This document shows positions 14,208 to 27,800 of a stretch of 64,000 nucleotides of DNA, piece after piece. The notes below the pieces were generated by a model. It did no database searches. It was given only the letters and a program-made list of their open reading frames with translations, and was not told where the DNA came from. This DNA is from Calcarisporiella thermophila CBS 279.70. Its lineage: Eukaryota; Fungi; Calcarisporiellomycota. Every line of letters starts with the position of its first letter. Position 1 is the stretch's first letter. A program made the translations under genes and the position numbers. The DNA lies in contig NW_027192211.1 of assembly GCF_041956535.1 (NCBI RefSeq), positions 158,461 to 222,460 of the forward strand, given 5' to 3'.

Positions 14208-15633
14208 ATGGAGAGGGAGATCGAGAAAATAAATGAGATGCTCACAGCTGTAAGTATCGGCATGCTTGCTGGCCAGATCTTGCTTTATTTCATGTCAACA
14301 TGGCACTTCTTAGCTGAATGAACTGAGAACAGCCGTGTCACACATAGTGGATACGTTCCGAATTGATTTCGATCCAACTAAAGGTACACCTTAAATATTA
14401 CACGTATTAAAGTGCCCTAATTATATATTCGCATGACAGTGGCGGCTTCTATCCAGACCTTTAAAACCTATGTGGAAATCGCTGAAAAAAATTTAACGCG
14501 CTCTTCATCTTTATCCCATGAAATCCAAGGCTACTTGCACAACCTCAATACCACCGTTTTGATCAGCGAAATTAGGTAGCATCGCTGGGTAATTCACCTT
14601 ACTTTATTGCCAATACTAACCTGAACCTTAAATGTTTAGTCCTGATGAAAATACATCCACAGATAAGCCAAAAACAGAGCTAGGGAAGCGTGACACATAT
14701 GTGCAAGCGGCTATCAGGTAGGGTCTTTTACTATACATAAGGATTCTTTTAAATCAACAGGAAATATATATGTTAGCTTGCTAATTCATATTTATAGTAT
14801 ATTCAATAAACACCGCAGTTTATCGACAACTAGAGAAGACAATGACTTATTGAGTGAATCAATAACCAACATCGCGAAAAATAAGCAGTAATTATATTAG
14901 GTGCTGAGTACTTGGACATAAAAAGTTTAATATTTTCATATTGAATTAGTAAGAGACTTAAGGAAACGGTAGAAAATTGGAGAGAGAATCGCCAGAAACC
15001 GTGTCCGGTTAATATCATTTGGGTTTCCAACCCAAATATGGCTGGGATTAGTGGATTAGTGGTAAGCTCTGCTCCTTTCCTCATATCTTAATTCCAACAA
15101 TGATTTTTTATTTTTTTATATAGGTAACCATTGGAAAAATAATGAAATCGAATATATCCCTTAGTATCGATATGCACACAGGAGTAATAGACATTAGCCG
15201 GGTGGTCACGTTTGGATACAAAGAGGAGGTGATTTATATAGGAATCAACAATTTTAACTGATTGTTTCGATATAATAATGCATTATTTAAAAATAGAAAG
15301 AATCATGGGAAGAATCAGATCTCATAGTATTTAAGAAAATATCCCACTTGGCCACTGATGTGGTAGAGTATGGGAGACAATGGGACCCGAATAACTTGTT
15401 GATATTTTTCCTGGTGAATAGTTAATTCCGAGAATAGTTTTTAGTCTTCTATTCTAAAACCTATTACTTTATGATAGGACTGGCTATGGAGCTACAATAA
15501 CCTCTTTACTCAGCCCTGTAGAAATTGCGGGCAGCTACTAATTTTTGACTCACCGCATTACAAGTTCTTGCCTCCGGTGATGCGAACTTTCAAAGATAAG
15601 CAATTCCGTGAATATCATATTCAATGCATTTAA
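14208..15633 (+). CDS. MED27: Mediator complex subunit 27, multi-exon
   Basis: Spliced: MEREIEKINEMLTA|LNELRTAVSHIVDTF... ESWEESDLIVFKKISHLA...FL|DWLWSYNNLFTQPCRNCGQLL..FLPPVMRTF..YHIQCI*, matching the Med27 C-terminal W-x-x-SY-x-x-LF-x-x-PC-x-x-CG..LPP-x-x-R..H-x-x-C zinc motif. Confidence 0.82.
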
Positions 15634-16135
15634 GAGCAAACAATAAACGACAAATTCCGAATACAACTCGAAGCATTTACTATTAATACAGATTCGTGTT
15701 GTAATTTGAAGTTTATGCTCAACTCAATTAGCAAGTACATAGATACCGCAATAATTAAAAGGTGTATTACTTATCACTTGGAAATGCAGAGTTTAGACTA
15801 GTCTACACATTATTTTAGGGATTTATTCTCTTCAAATTCCGTTAGCTAATGGCAGCTTGATACTTCGCCTACATTATTCTTAGACAGTTAGGACAATTAA
15901 GCTGTAATATACTATACAGCTTAACACAAATATAATATAAGAATTGCTTTATACTCGATTCAGCGCCGAATTTATAATTATTGTAGTAATTGATTTAATC
16001 GTGGCTTTTATTTTTATTTTTACGCGCTATTTCGAATTTTTTAATTTCTAGACTAGTTTTTTGCCTTGGAAAACACGTTACGTTGTTTTCACTTTTTTAC
16101 GACACAAATTTTGCTTGATCTGATTCAGCTATAAC

Positions 16136-19100
16136 ATGACAGTAGAGAATACCTCTATTGCTGAAACTGTTGTATCCGACTCTATTCTCTCACCTCAAGA
16201 ATCAGATGTAAGCAATTATCTGTGCTCATTTTTTTCTATAATATAATATATTCTTTCTGAAAGCAGGCAACAACGGCTGCTACTACCCCAGTATCGGATA
16301 CAAATACATCAACAGAATGTCCGCTTGTCACGGAAACTATGATTGCGGAAGAGCATCGTTTGTTGGCTTCGAGCGAAGAAGAAAATAAGAAAGAGCTAGC
16401 TAAGGTTGCTATATATACTCAGCTGACAACCGTTTTGAAAACACGCTTACCCTGATTTTAAAAATATAGCAAGCTCAGGAGGATTTTGATAATGAAATCA
16501 AAAAGCAGAGGCTACAACGACTTACTTTTTTACTCGAGAAATCCACAATATATGCGAATTTCCTCGCAAGAAAACTGGAAATGCAGCAAGCAGAACAGCG
16601 CGAAAAAGCCCAAAAAGCAGAGGAAGAGGCTAAGCGCATGGCTAAGGAAGGTGAGACTAATACCATGGAGGAAGAAAAAGAAGTAGAGGTAGTTAATGTG
16701 GTCCAGACGCGACGGGGACCAAGGCGAACCCAATTGTCTCGTAAAACGCGTGGGAATCAGCGCGACGGAGCAAGTGAGTCAAGCAGTGGGGCAGCTGTAA
16801 GTAGAAAGCGTAAAGTAGATGATGCAAAGTACAATATAACGGATTACATGGATGCAGAGGTATGCTACTATTATATTTCAATAGTTTGCTCTGTAAAATT
16901 TTTACAAATATTCTTCAAACGTTCTCAGGAGGTAGCAAAGCGCCGCAAACAAGGTGAAGAAAATAAGGAGTTAGATATTGAAAAGCCACAGAAGCCTTCT
17001 CTTTCTGCCCGACAACCCTCGCTTGTAACTGGTGGAGTTCTGCGGGACTATCAACTTGCAGGCGTTGAATGGCTCATAAGCTTATACGATAATGGACTTA
17101 ATGGTATTTTGGCAGATGAGATGGGCCTTGGAAAAGTGAGCATCTTTGGCAAAATGTTGAAATTTCTTAGGATTGATTTGTCGGAATCTAACTTACTGTT
17201 GACATATCTGTAGACACTTCAAACCATCTCATTTCTGGCGTATCTTCGAGAAAAGGGTGTATGGGGTCCATTCTTAGTTGTTTGTCCACTCTCTACACTG
17301 GCAAATTGGGTGAGCGAATTCCAAAGGTGTGTATTGTGAAATTAACAGATTAACTTGAAAGTGTGGCTTATTATCAATATCCTATGTAGGTTCACTCCAT
17401 CTATACCGGTTTTATTATATCATGGGTCAATTGAAGACCGGACTCGGTTACGCAACAAAAAAATGAAAAAGCTAAATGAAAGCTTTCCAATTATTGTTAC
17501 TTCTTATGAAATTGTGATGAACGACCGCAAACATCTCCAGGTAGCTATATTTTTATCACAGTATAACTCCTCTATTTTTCTTTTAACTTAACATATACTC
17601 ATATATTAGAAATTTCCATGGAAATATATTGTTGTTGACGAAGGTCATCGCATAAAAAACCTCAACTGTAAACTCATTAAAGAACTAAAGACCTATAATT
17701 CTGCCAATCGTCTTTTGCTCACGGGCACTCCTCTACAAGTAATTTGGCCTATTAATGCTGTTTGTTTGGATAAAAACTTAATCGAGCTTATTTGGAAAAT
17801 AGAATAGCCTTCGAGAGTTGTGGAGCCTTTTGAATTTTTTGCTTCCAGATATATTTGATGATCTTGAATTATTTCAGAGCTGGTAAAATATTATTTACCA
17901 AAAACTCTAATAATTTTGCCTGCTATATCAACTCTTTTAAATAGGTTTGATTTTTCTGATTTACATGATGAAAATGCTCAAAAGCGGATTTTGGATATTG
18001 AAGCAGAAACACGTGTAGTTTCGAATCTACATCATATCTTGCGACCATTTCTACTTCGTCGCCTAAAAACAGACGGTAAGTAATTACAATCACAGTACAC
18101 CAGAGTTTTCTATGCAAGTTTACAGTTATACACACTCAAACAACTCTAGTTGAACACTCGCTTCCTAAAAAGAAAGAGTATATAATATACGCTCCAATTA
18201 CCAAGACTCAGAAGGATATGTACGATGCCGTCTTGAACAGAGATATTCGCAATTATTTGATTTCGAAAAAAGCGCTCAATGGATCTGATAACTTGAAAGA
18301 AGAGAGTGAGAACAAAAAAACAAGCGGTAAAAATAAAATGGAATCCATTTTAAATGGGCAGAACCAGTGACTAATATTTTGTTGGATATGCAGAAGATGA
18401 CAACGCAAATTCCCAAGACGGGCCAGAGGCCTCGACTGTATTGGATGAGGATAAAACTCAGAGCGAAGATATTGAAGAAGAAGTCAGACGATCCCGGCGC
18501 TCATTAAATCGTCCAAATTACTCCGACACGATATCCGATAATAAATATTTTAATATGCTTGAATCTGGCGGTGATCAACCTAATAAAGACCTGGATGCGG
18601 CAAAGAAGGCAGCAAAGGAATGGGCTCAGAAGACCGCGACAAAAGAGGTTAATAATCTTAAACTGCAGAATCTCGTGATGCAGCTTCGCAAGGTGTGCAA
18701 TCATCCTTATTTGTTTGATTGGCCAGAGGACCCATCAACTGGAGAGCCATTAATCTCAGACGAACTGGTGAATTCCTCAGGAAAGATGATGGTCCTTAAC
18801 CGACTACTAACTGCGCTATTGGAACGAGGTCATAAGGTGCTCATTTTTTCACAAATGACACGCCTACTTGATATACTAGAAGATTGGATGACTGAGGTGC
18901 GTGGGTGGCCTTGCTATCGCATTGACGGGGGTGTTGCACAAGAAGTGAGGCAGCAACAAATCGCTAACTTCAATACTAAAGAAGATGTAAAAGTATTTTT
19001 GCTCTCTACTCGTGCGGGTGGTTTGGGAATTAACCTGACAAGTGCGGATACTGTCATCATCTTTGATAGCGACTGGGTAAGCCAATAAATAATATACCAT

Positions 19101-19636
19101 TTGCCTCATATTATGACGAGTTACCAAATTTCTATTACAGAACCCGCAAATGGATTTGCAAGCGCAGGATCGTGTACACCGTATTGGGCAGACAAAACCA
19201 GTGGTTGTATATAGGCTGATTACTGCCAATTCTGTGGAGAGTAAAATCCTCGAGAAGGCATCTGCGAAAAGAAAACTTGAAAAATTAGTTATTCATAAGA
19301 GTAATCATAATGCTTATGCGAGTATTGGCTTAACTGTTTTTGCTGATATTGGTAAAATTTTCAGGTAAATTCAAGAGGCCTGCAGGGGAAAAGGGCGCAG
19401 ATGACGAATCCAGCACATTAAGAGAGCTAGCTGAAGTCTTATTTCAAGATGAGAATGACAAAGTCAAATTGGCTAACACTGGAGACCAAGTAATAAGTGA
19501 TGCCGATTTAGAACGACTTTTAGACCGAAGTGAGGAAGCATTTGCGCGTAGATGGGAGAGTGGTGAGGGTGCATTCAAAGAAGTCGACCCGGAAGCCGCG
19601 GCGGATGATGGGCAAGGTGGATTTAAGCTTGCATAG
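16136..19636 (+). CDS. SNF2-family chromatin remodeller, HELLS/LSH/DDM1/Irc5 subfamily
   Basis: N-terminal coiled coil with [19 protein letters not shown]; [21 protein letters not shown]; [13 protein letters not shown]; [19 protein letters not shown]; [21 protein letters not shown]; [17 protein letters not shown]; [11 protein letters not shown]; [10 protein letters not shown]; no HSS, bromo or chromo domain. Confidence 0.88.
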
Positions 19637-19836
19637 GGTATTAAAAAGCATTCTAAATACTAGAGGATGGCAAACTTTTTTTTAAATTTCAATTGAAATT
19701 AGTGGTGAAAATGGATTCCCATTAAACTGTTTTTTGACAAAATGCTTTCATAAATAGTCAATTATTAACATTTGTGCCTCATATATAATAAGTACCTATG
19801 ATTTAGTATCTATAAATAGAACATATTATTTGAAAA

Positions 19837-21294
19837 TTAAAGACAAGCAACATATGTCGCAGTGGACGAATTTAAGCCATCTCGGCCACAACCAGCGATT
19901 GCGGCAATAATGTGCTCCCTTTCTCCCACCTTGAAATAGATGTCTAAGATTTTACATTGTGAATAGGGGCAATCCGCATCGTATAAGAAGGGATATTTTT
20001 CAAAAAATTCAATCGAGCCCTGCCAAGAACCAGTATGTAATGGATCACCTGTACACACGAAATACTTCAAAATCGTCGACATCAGCTCAGATGGATCGTA
20101 GGTATCCTCGTAAAGAATCAGTTGATCGCGCCAAAAATAACTCGGAATTATGTTTATAAAGTTAAGATGTTTGATCTGACTTTGAAGTAATGTTGGCATA
20201 AATATCTTATCTTTGAGCTCCTGTGCTCGCACCCAGAGGAAATCGATCATATCTACAGCGGCAATAGAGGTGCCAGGAACAATGAAACCACCCGAGTGAT
20301 ACATGCACGCAGGAAGATCATTAGAGCCAGCTATTGATAGTTTAGGGGTTGAATATTTGCAAGAGATTATATCATTAAAGTATGGGAAGGATGAGGGATC
20401 AGGTGTGGAATTGTACTGATTCTCGATGGCGGTAACATTGGGAGCAAAGTGGTATTTTTCATTTGCTATATTGCCGTCAATTTTGGAGCTTCCATCGGAA
20501 TGTTCTGGCCAGATGAGGCCCAGAGTGCTCTGAGGAGTTGCTACTTGGAGATCAGAGTTATGTAAAATAAGTTGTTCAAGGGGAATATCTAAAACAGATA
20601 TGTCTTGAGGAAAAGCAGAAGGGCTTTTGCCAACACCTAAGAGGCTTTCCATATCTGGCGCAAGTTCTTGATCCATCTGTTCGGCTGTACTTTCATTGGA
20701 GGTTGATATAGGGGCGGTTGAAGTTGAAGTGGGGAAAAGTGTAGTGGTATTAGAAGTTTGTAGCTCGTTTATAATATCCAAACTCTTGCCTGCCCTAGCC
20801 ATTTGGCCCGAATTAGGTGAACGCGGGGCCATACGCTCTAGAAACAGTTTGAACTTCTCTTCCGTATAACTCCTGGATTGCGTGCATAAGTTGAAGTACT
20901 CTGAGGGTAAGATAGGTGAAGAGTGTACATGCTTGACAAATAGTGTATCCAGTTCTGTCAGAGGAATGTTATGGATTCTCATTATATCAGTTGCAAAAGT
21001 TGCGATGGTTTGAAGAAAAGTGCTCTCAATCTTCAAGTCATGTACCATCTCACGCAGATACTTTAATTTGGTACTATGCTCATGAACATTCCTGAGCAGA
21101 CGTTGATTTTCCGCCTCAAGCTCACGAAGTCGTGATTCTTTTCTGTCTCGAAATGCTTTCTGCGCAGCTCGATTCCTCTCTTTGCGCTTGCAGCTACTGG
21201 CAGGATTCGGCTTTCGCCCAGGTTTCATCCTTTGCTTAGCACCTCCTTCTCCTCTCAACATACTTGAGGAGTATAGAATAAATTCCGGCTCCAT
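19837..21294 (-). CDS. AP-1/Yap-like bZIP transcription factor with C-terminal DUF3425-like domain
   Basis: KPGRKP..KRKERNRAAQKAFRDRKESRLRELE basic region and zipper; C-terminal IIPSYFWRDQLI..GDPLHTGSWQGSIEFFEKYPFL. Confidence 0.8.
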   Translation of the reverse strand: MEPEFILYSSSMLRGEGGAKQRMKPGRKPNPASSCKRKERNRAAQKAFRDRKESRLRELEAENQRLLRNVHEHSTKLKYLREMVHDLKIESTFLQTIATFATDIMRIHNIPLTELDTLFVKHVHSSPILPSEYFNLCTQSRSYTEEKFKLFLERMAPRSPNSGQMARAGKSLDIINELQTSNTTTLFPTSTSTAPISTSNESTAEQMDQELAPDMESLLGVGKSPSAFPQDISVLDIPLEQLILHNSDLQVATPQSTLGLIWPEHSDGSSKIDGNIANEKYHFAPNVTAIENQYNSTPDPSSFPYFNDIISCKYSTPKLSIAGSNDLPACMYHSGGFIVPGTSIAAVDMIDFLWVRAQELKDKIFMPTLLQSQIKHLNFINIIPSYFWRDQLILYEDTYDPSELMSTILKYFVCTGDPLHTGSWQGSIEFFEKYPFLYDADCPYSQCKILDIYFKVGEREHIIAAIAGCGRDGLNSSTATYVACL

Positions 21295-22173
21295 AACTCT
21301 AAAAACACTATGTGATTAATTTTATTTAGAGAATCAAGCGTCGATATGAATTAGGGTACCTTTGATCTCCAGTTAATCTGTGCAATATTTAATCATTCAA
21401 AATGGTACTGAAAGATGGCTTTGTCGTGTTGCCAAGTATTGAACTTTGTGGCTGTTAAATAGAAAAGAGACGCTCTTATTAAATATTTCGTGATAGAAAG
21501 CTAATACATTCCGCTTTTGCTCTATCTAATAAAAATAAACGTATATTGAAAGCTTGATATTTCACTATTAACCTGAGGAATTATCTTTAAAGAATAGTAA
21601 TTGTTATCCGTGCTTACTTCAAGACTTTTTTCGGTGCGAAAATTCAGAATTCGTTAAAAATTAACACATATGGTTATAATCATTGCCTTAACGAGGTCTA
21701 AATACCACTCTCGAATAGCAGCGATATACGGGCATGCGCTAGAGCCAGTTGAGCTCAATACTTACAAGATGACTGTATATTAAAACTTTTCAAGATAGAG
21801 ATATATTATTTAGTGAGAAAAAAATTGCAGAAAGTAAGAGGTCTCCCATTTGTATTCTTTGATGATATTTTAGTTTTCTTGAGGAACTCATGGATGTAGG
21901 TAGTAGTCAAATCTGGTTAAATCACCTTTAATTCAGACTTTTGAGTAGAAACATATACTGCATAAACAGTTTATATTATGGAAGGATGCTATTGTGACAA
22001 GACACTACTAGAAATATAGTGATATTGCAAAATATTATTTAATATCTAATAATGCAAATTATAGTACGCTTCTCTGAATGTGTATATGATAGTGAGTGTC
22101 GCAGGAGGTCACGTCGCAACTTAGCAGCAGATCTACTCTCCAACAAGATAATTCAGGAAAAAAAAAAGTCGAA

Positions 22174-23609
22174 TTACAATAGACCACATCTAAGAGAAAA
22201 AATCATCAGCGTTCATTAAGTTTCAAGAAATTAGTCAGTTTATATTTACGATCTAAGATTTTGTTGGATGATAATATCGTTTACGGCGGACATAACGAAG
22301 CGAATCTATTGCATTTCCCGTATAAATTATGTTTTAGCATCACCAGAGTATTAAGAAATAATTTCCAGTTACCTGCTGGGTATCAGTAGCACATGTAAAA
22401 TGGGTGTACACCTATACCATTAAATGGTGAGCATCTAAAAATCAAGAATAATTAGATCCGTTTGTCGTGCTTACCTGTTTTGATTCAGACTGATTGAGTG
22501 AGACAAACCGCTCAAGAAGATATCCAGTTGCCGCCTCATAGTTGTTTCCGCCCTGATAGTCTGGGAAGTATTTCCCAAGTGGAGATATGGGGAGCTTCTC
22601 CTTGAATAAATCGATTTTGTTCAGGAAAAGAATGATGCTCGTGTTCACGAACCATCTATAAATGAAACGATCGACTCGGTTTTTCTTTTCTGTTCAAGTA
22701 AAACTTCTCTTTTTACCTAGAGTTACAAATCGAATCGAAGAGCGTCAAAGCTTCCTGCATTCGATTCACTGATTCATCCTCGCGTAACACTTGATCGTAT
22801 TCCGAGATTGCAACAAGGAATATAATAGCTGTTACATTCTCAAAACAGTGTATCCATTTTTTGCGCTCAGATCGCTGACCTCCTACGTCAAACATGCGGT
22901 ACGTCAGATCTCCTATGTGGAAAGTGGTCTCAGTGATGCCTGTGGTTTTAACGCGCGAACGTAACACGTCTTGATCGGTCGGGAAATAAGTGGGCGCAGC
23001 GATACGATCAATCGCGTCAAAGTAGTATTTTGCCGAGTCATTGAGCTGATACTCGCGACTGCGTTTGTAGCATTCTTGTATCCCATTATCGTGCCAGAGC
23101 TCGCGGATTGCTACTCCTACTTCGGCAGGCAAACAATCACTTTCTATCTGCGTCGGCATACCAAGAATGACATTGGTGTAGCGCTTATTGTTTTCATCAG
23201 CCAGTGAAATTCCCATAGTCTGCATAGCCTCTATGATAACGCGCATCGACTATGCAGAATAGATACATTAAAGAGCTTGAAGAAATTATCAAAGCAATCA
23301 TTAGTACCTGTACGGTGTTTGAGAATATAATCTCCTTGAATGATTCTCGCTCGTCTTTCGAGTAGCCACCATCGTGAATAAGTTTCATTTGTTTCAGAAT
23401 GGTGGACTTTCCAGATTCTCCAGCACCTGATAATGTAGATTGAGCATTAGCACCTCCGTAACAAAATGGGAGAAATGCAGAGGAGGGTTACCAAGCAACA
23501 GCAGTTTTACTTCATTTCTCATTTGCATTCGATCCTTTTTGAGCTGGCTCTCAATCTCGTCATTCCTGCGGCGGCCCTCCGAATCTTCGGCACTCATACA
23601 ACAGCCCAT
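22174..23609 (-). CDS. Heterotrimeric G-protein alpha subunit, group I (G-alpha-i-like; GNA-1/FadA type)
   Basis: MGCCMS myristoyl/palmitoyl site; [18 protein letters not shown]; [12 protein letters not shown]; [12 protein letters not shown]; LFLNKID; HFTCATDT; spliced C-terminus QQNLRSCGLL*. Confidence 0.95.
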
Positions 23610-24107
23610 TGTGAGTACTTATATCAAGTTATTGAAAATGCAAGATGGAAGTGAAAAGGGATGATATGTGCTAGATAAAAGACAATGGAAAATGAGACTA
23701 GCGAGGGAACGTATATATTTGTGTATCAGTTGTTATATGAGAAAATAGAAGGTTGTGGAGAAAACAGAAACGGTTGAAAAAAAGTAAAAAATAGAAATTA
23801 TTAAATTTTGAAACCCGCACAGAAGGTGAAAAATTGGGGGACAAAAAGCGCGCGATATAAAAATATTACGAAAAATATTATTGTTTATAGTATTGGCTAG
23901 CTTTGTAAACAATGAGTAATGACCCGGTTATACCGTAGTCCGGTTTTTTTTAACTCTCTTAGCGGCTGCCTCTCTAGTCATTGTTTTTACTTTCTTTACT
24001 TCCGCTTGTCTCACTTCCGATCGAATATTAAAATGGCTTAGATTTGTGACTTGACTTTCCACATTATTTTTCTTTCTATTTTCTATCGAGTAGATACAAT
24101 CTCAAGA

Positions 24108-25572
24108 ATGCCGAAACTTTGTGAGATCTGTGAGAAGAACCGTGCCGTCCTAAGACGTCCGAAAACAGGACAGTCAGCCTGCCAGTCATGTTTTTTTTAT
24201 GTCTTCGAAACGGAAATTCACAATACCATAATCAATAATCGACTATTTCAAAATGGAGATCGAGTAGCTATTGCTGCCAGTGGAGGAAAGGGTGGGTTTT
24301 CCATTGCTGCTCCAAATAATAAACCGTTGTTGATTGAACATTATTGATACATTTTTATCTAGATTCAACTGTTCTAGCATATGTAATGAAGCTGCTGAAT
24401 GAACGCTATAATTATGGTCTCGAATTATTCCTGCTCTCTGTCGATGAAGGCATTACAGGGTATCGGGATGACTCACTGGAGGTAAGGCTGATTAGTGGGA
24501 TTATGATTTGATTGATCAATACAATTATTTATGCCTGTCTATTTTAGACTGTGAAGCGAAATCAGCAACAATATGATCTTCCCCTGAAAATTGTATCGTA
24601 CAGCGATCTCTATGGATGGTCAATGGATGACATTGTGAAGGAGGTTGGATTGAAAAATAATTGTACATTTTGTGGAGTATTTCGAAGGCAAGCACTTGAT
24701 CGTGGGGCTGTCTTGATAGGCACAGATCATATCGTAACTGGCCATAATGCGGACGATATTGCTGAAACAGTCTTGATGAACAGTAAGTGCCTTTTATCGA
24801 CTCACTTAATTTATTATATATTTCCAACGCAAAACTCAATTTGTTTGGTCGACAGTTCTTCGTGGTGATATTGCGCGACTACAACGGTGTACAGAGATCG
24901 TAACAATGGGCGAGGGCACTGCAATTCGTCGATCAAAGCCATTCAAATATACCTACGAAAAAGAGATCGTAATGTACGCCTACTTTAAAAAACTTGATTA
25001 TTTCTCCACCGAGTGTATTTACTCGCCGAATGCCTACCGAGGCTTTGCCCGAGCATTTCTTAAAGACCTTGAAAGTATACGGCCCACAGCAATAATAGGT
25101 AAATTTTTTTATTTCCTACATTATAGCGACTTGTTGGAATCGAATCTAAATGGTTCCTTTTGCATTTTTTGAAGATATTATCCACTCTGGAGAAGCATTT
25201 GAAATCAAGAAAGACGTGAAAATGCCGGTACAAGGCACTTGCATAAGGTGTGGATACATGTCCTCCAACGAGTTGTGTAAAGCATGTGTGTTGTTGGAGG
25301 GTTTAAATAGAGGCCTACCTAGACTTGGCATTAGTAAGACAGATAAGCTTGTACGTGTCAATTAATCAATTTCGTTTAGATCAAACCAGGCTAATGACTA
25401 TTTGAATTTCCAGCGGAAAATCCATGGGGATATGCCAGAGAACTTACCAGTGATCCAGCACATGAACGATCTAGCAAATACAAAGCAAGATGTCGAATTG
25501 ATAGGAACATATTCTCAAAAGAATGGTCCAAACACCAATAAGGATAAAAAGTTAGAGGATTTAAATTGGTAG
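24108..25572 (+). CDS. NCS6: Cytoplasmic tRNA 2-thiolation protein 1 (Ncs6/Ctu1)
   Basis: [18 protein letters not shown]; PP-loop ASGGKDSTVLA; [12 protein letters not shown]; [18 protein letters not shown]; [15 protein letters not shown]; [12 protein letters not shown]; C-terminal CIRCG..LCKAC. Confidence 0.95.
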
Positions 25573-25694
25573 CCCCATTTCTTGTACAAAATATTTATTT
25601 CTTTGTTTTCACTTTATCCACTAAAATACTAATAAATGATGCCTTTGATTTCACTCTCGCTTCATAAAAACATGCTTCGCTAAACTAAGCGTTA

Positions 25695-27800
25695 TCAGCG
25701 GGAATTCGCATTACCTGAGTCCCACCATTCGCGCATTGTATTACTAATTGAGGCCTCGTCTAACAAAGTTTTGCTCATACCATCGCTCTGCCAGTATTTT
25801 TCCAGAACTACTCTGGCCTCCCGCCACTTTCCATGACCCACCAGGCGATACTGAGTCGAAACCGGTAGGCCAAAATAAAGTAGTAATAGCAGTCTAAAGG
25901 AATCGCGAATTCCATATTCAGCTACCAAATCCTTTAGGTATGGATAACAGCCCAGATCTTTGGCAAAAAGATCCATATAGCCTAAAGCATTTTGCAGTTG
26001 AATTGTGTGTCTTGGAGAGAGTGCATAGAGTTGTTGCTGATCATTAAGATACGCTTGAATATCGCGGTTCATATGCTCCTTATCGGGCGGAGGGCGAACC
26101 CAAGCCCTCTTTTTCCACACATTTGTAGCATAACGAGCTTGTAACTCAGAGATGGGCATAATAGCGGTCAGCGGTTGTATCAGCCCAATGAAAACAAGAT
26201 TTTTGTGGTGCAGTGGGTACATATTTCTCCAGAGCCACACCTGATTCTGCTCAAGATCAACGTCGGGGCGGTCCGCCGTTAATACTTCTTCTTTTAGAAA
26301 GCCAAATCGGATATGATAGCCTGTGCAGTATATCACTACATCTATATCATCTACCACTGTCCCATCATCAAACTGTATGCTCCGCGTTCTCAAGAACCTT
26401 CTTACGTTGGGCTTAGGGATGATACGGCCAGCGTGAACATGCTCAATTAAATCTGATAATAGGGATGAGCGACTAGCATTGAAATCGAATAAATGTGAGA
26501 TAGTGGACTTACCGCTCTTAATTGTCGGATGTGCAGCGTAGTACCCGTGTTTTGGACGTAGAGGACCAGGTGGGATTGGTTGAATAGTTTCAAGTAGTTT
26601 TTCCATGAAAGAGCTCATTATGTTGCGAGGAATAAGGCTAGTCGTAAAACGATTAATTTGATGGCCGATGGGCTTTCCAAGCTATTTATACAATTTTTTT
26701 AATGTAGTTTTTAATTTTGTAAAATGGTCGAGACATACCAATATGCGTGGAGTCACCCAAGTTCCTAGCACGGTGGTAGTTAGAGTAAGTATCGGATGAA
26801 ATACAATTAAGAGTAATGAAAAATGGGCTACCTCGTCGGCTGGAGAGATACACCTGCTTAGCGTGCAGCGATAACTCAGTACTGATATCAACTCCTGAAT
26901 TCCCGATTCCAACCACGAGCACAGACTTACCCTCAAACGTGTACGGGCTAAAAAAGAGAATTGGTTCACTCCTCACGATACTGAAAATAAAATACCTACA
27001 GCCTATAGAAATGCGAGTGCATTTGTCGGCCCTCGTACTGCTCCATGCCTTCAAAATTAGGCCAGCGGGGAACGCGGTGATGCCCACTTGCAATCATAAC
27101 GTAATCGAAAATCTCTGCTTTCTCTTCACTACCATTTTGAATGTAATGGATTTTCCACCTCTCGTCGGAGAGCTGCTCCAACTGGGTTACTTTCGTCTTA
27201 AAACGGATATACTGTATCAATTCGAAGTGCTCGGCATACATATCGAAATATCTCGCAACCATCTGATTCGGCAGAAATACAGGCCAGTTTTCTGGGACAG
27301 GGAAGTCTTAAAAGAGCATAACTATGAAATTCTTCTACTTTTACTTCGGCTAGCGACAATAGCTGCCAGAAAAATAAAACAGATATAAATACCGGAGTAG
27401 GACATCTAAAAGAAACGATACTCTCAGTTTTTGTTATGTTTATATTTATGAGAGCCCATTGACGACTTACAATTTGGCGGGAGGTGTTTATAATGGTGCT
27501 ACGATAGATTGACGAATGTGGATCATTGTTTGTGTCGTCTATTTCGGTGTAATGCCACAGTCCTCCTACAAATCTCATGTGAATAATTATACAATTTGCA
27601 CCAGAGGAAGAACATAAGCTGACCTATGAATTCATTCTGTTCGAAACAAACGATATCTTCGAAACCTTCTTCCAAGCATTGCTTTATGCTAGTCAACCCA
27701 GAGGCACCTAGCAAAGGGTCGCGGAGTCAAAATGCTATAACTGCTACTATATAGAAAGACATTGTAAAGTACCAGCACCAATTATTGCGACACGCTCCAT
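25695..27800 (-). CDS. Flavin-containing monooxygenase (class B; dimethylaniline monooxygenase-like)
   Basis: [14 protein letters not shown] (FAD); GGLWHY; [20 protein letters not shown]; FxGxxxHxxxY motif as [11 protein letters not shown]; [13 protein letters not shown] (NADPH); DVVIYCTGY; [11 protein letters not shown]. Confidence 0.92.
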
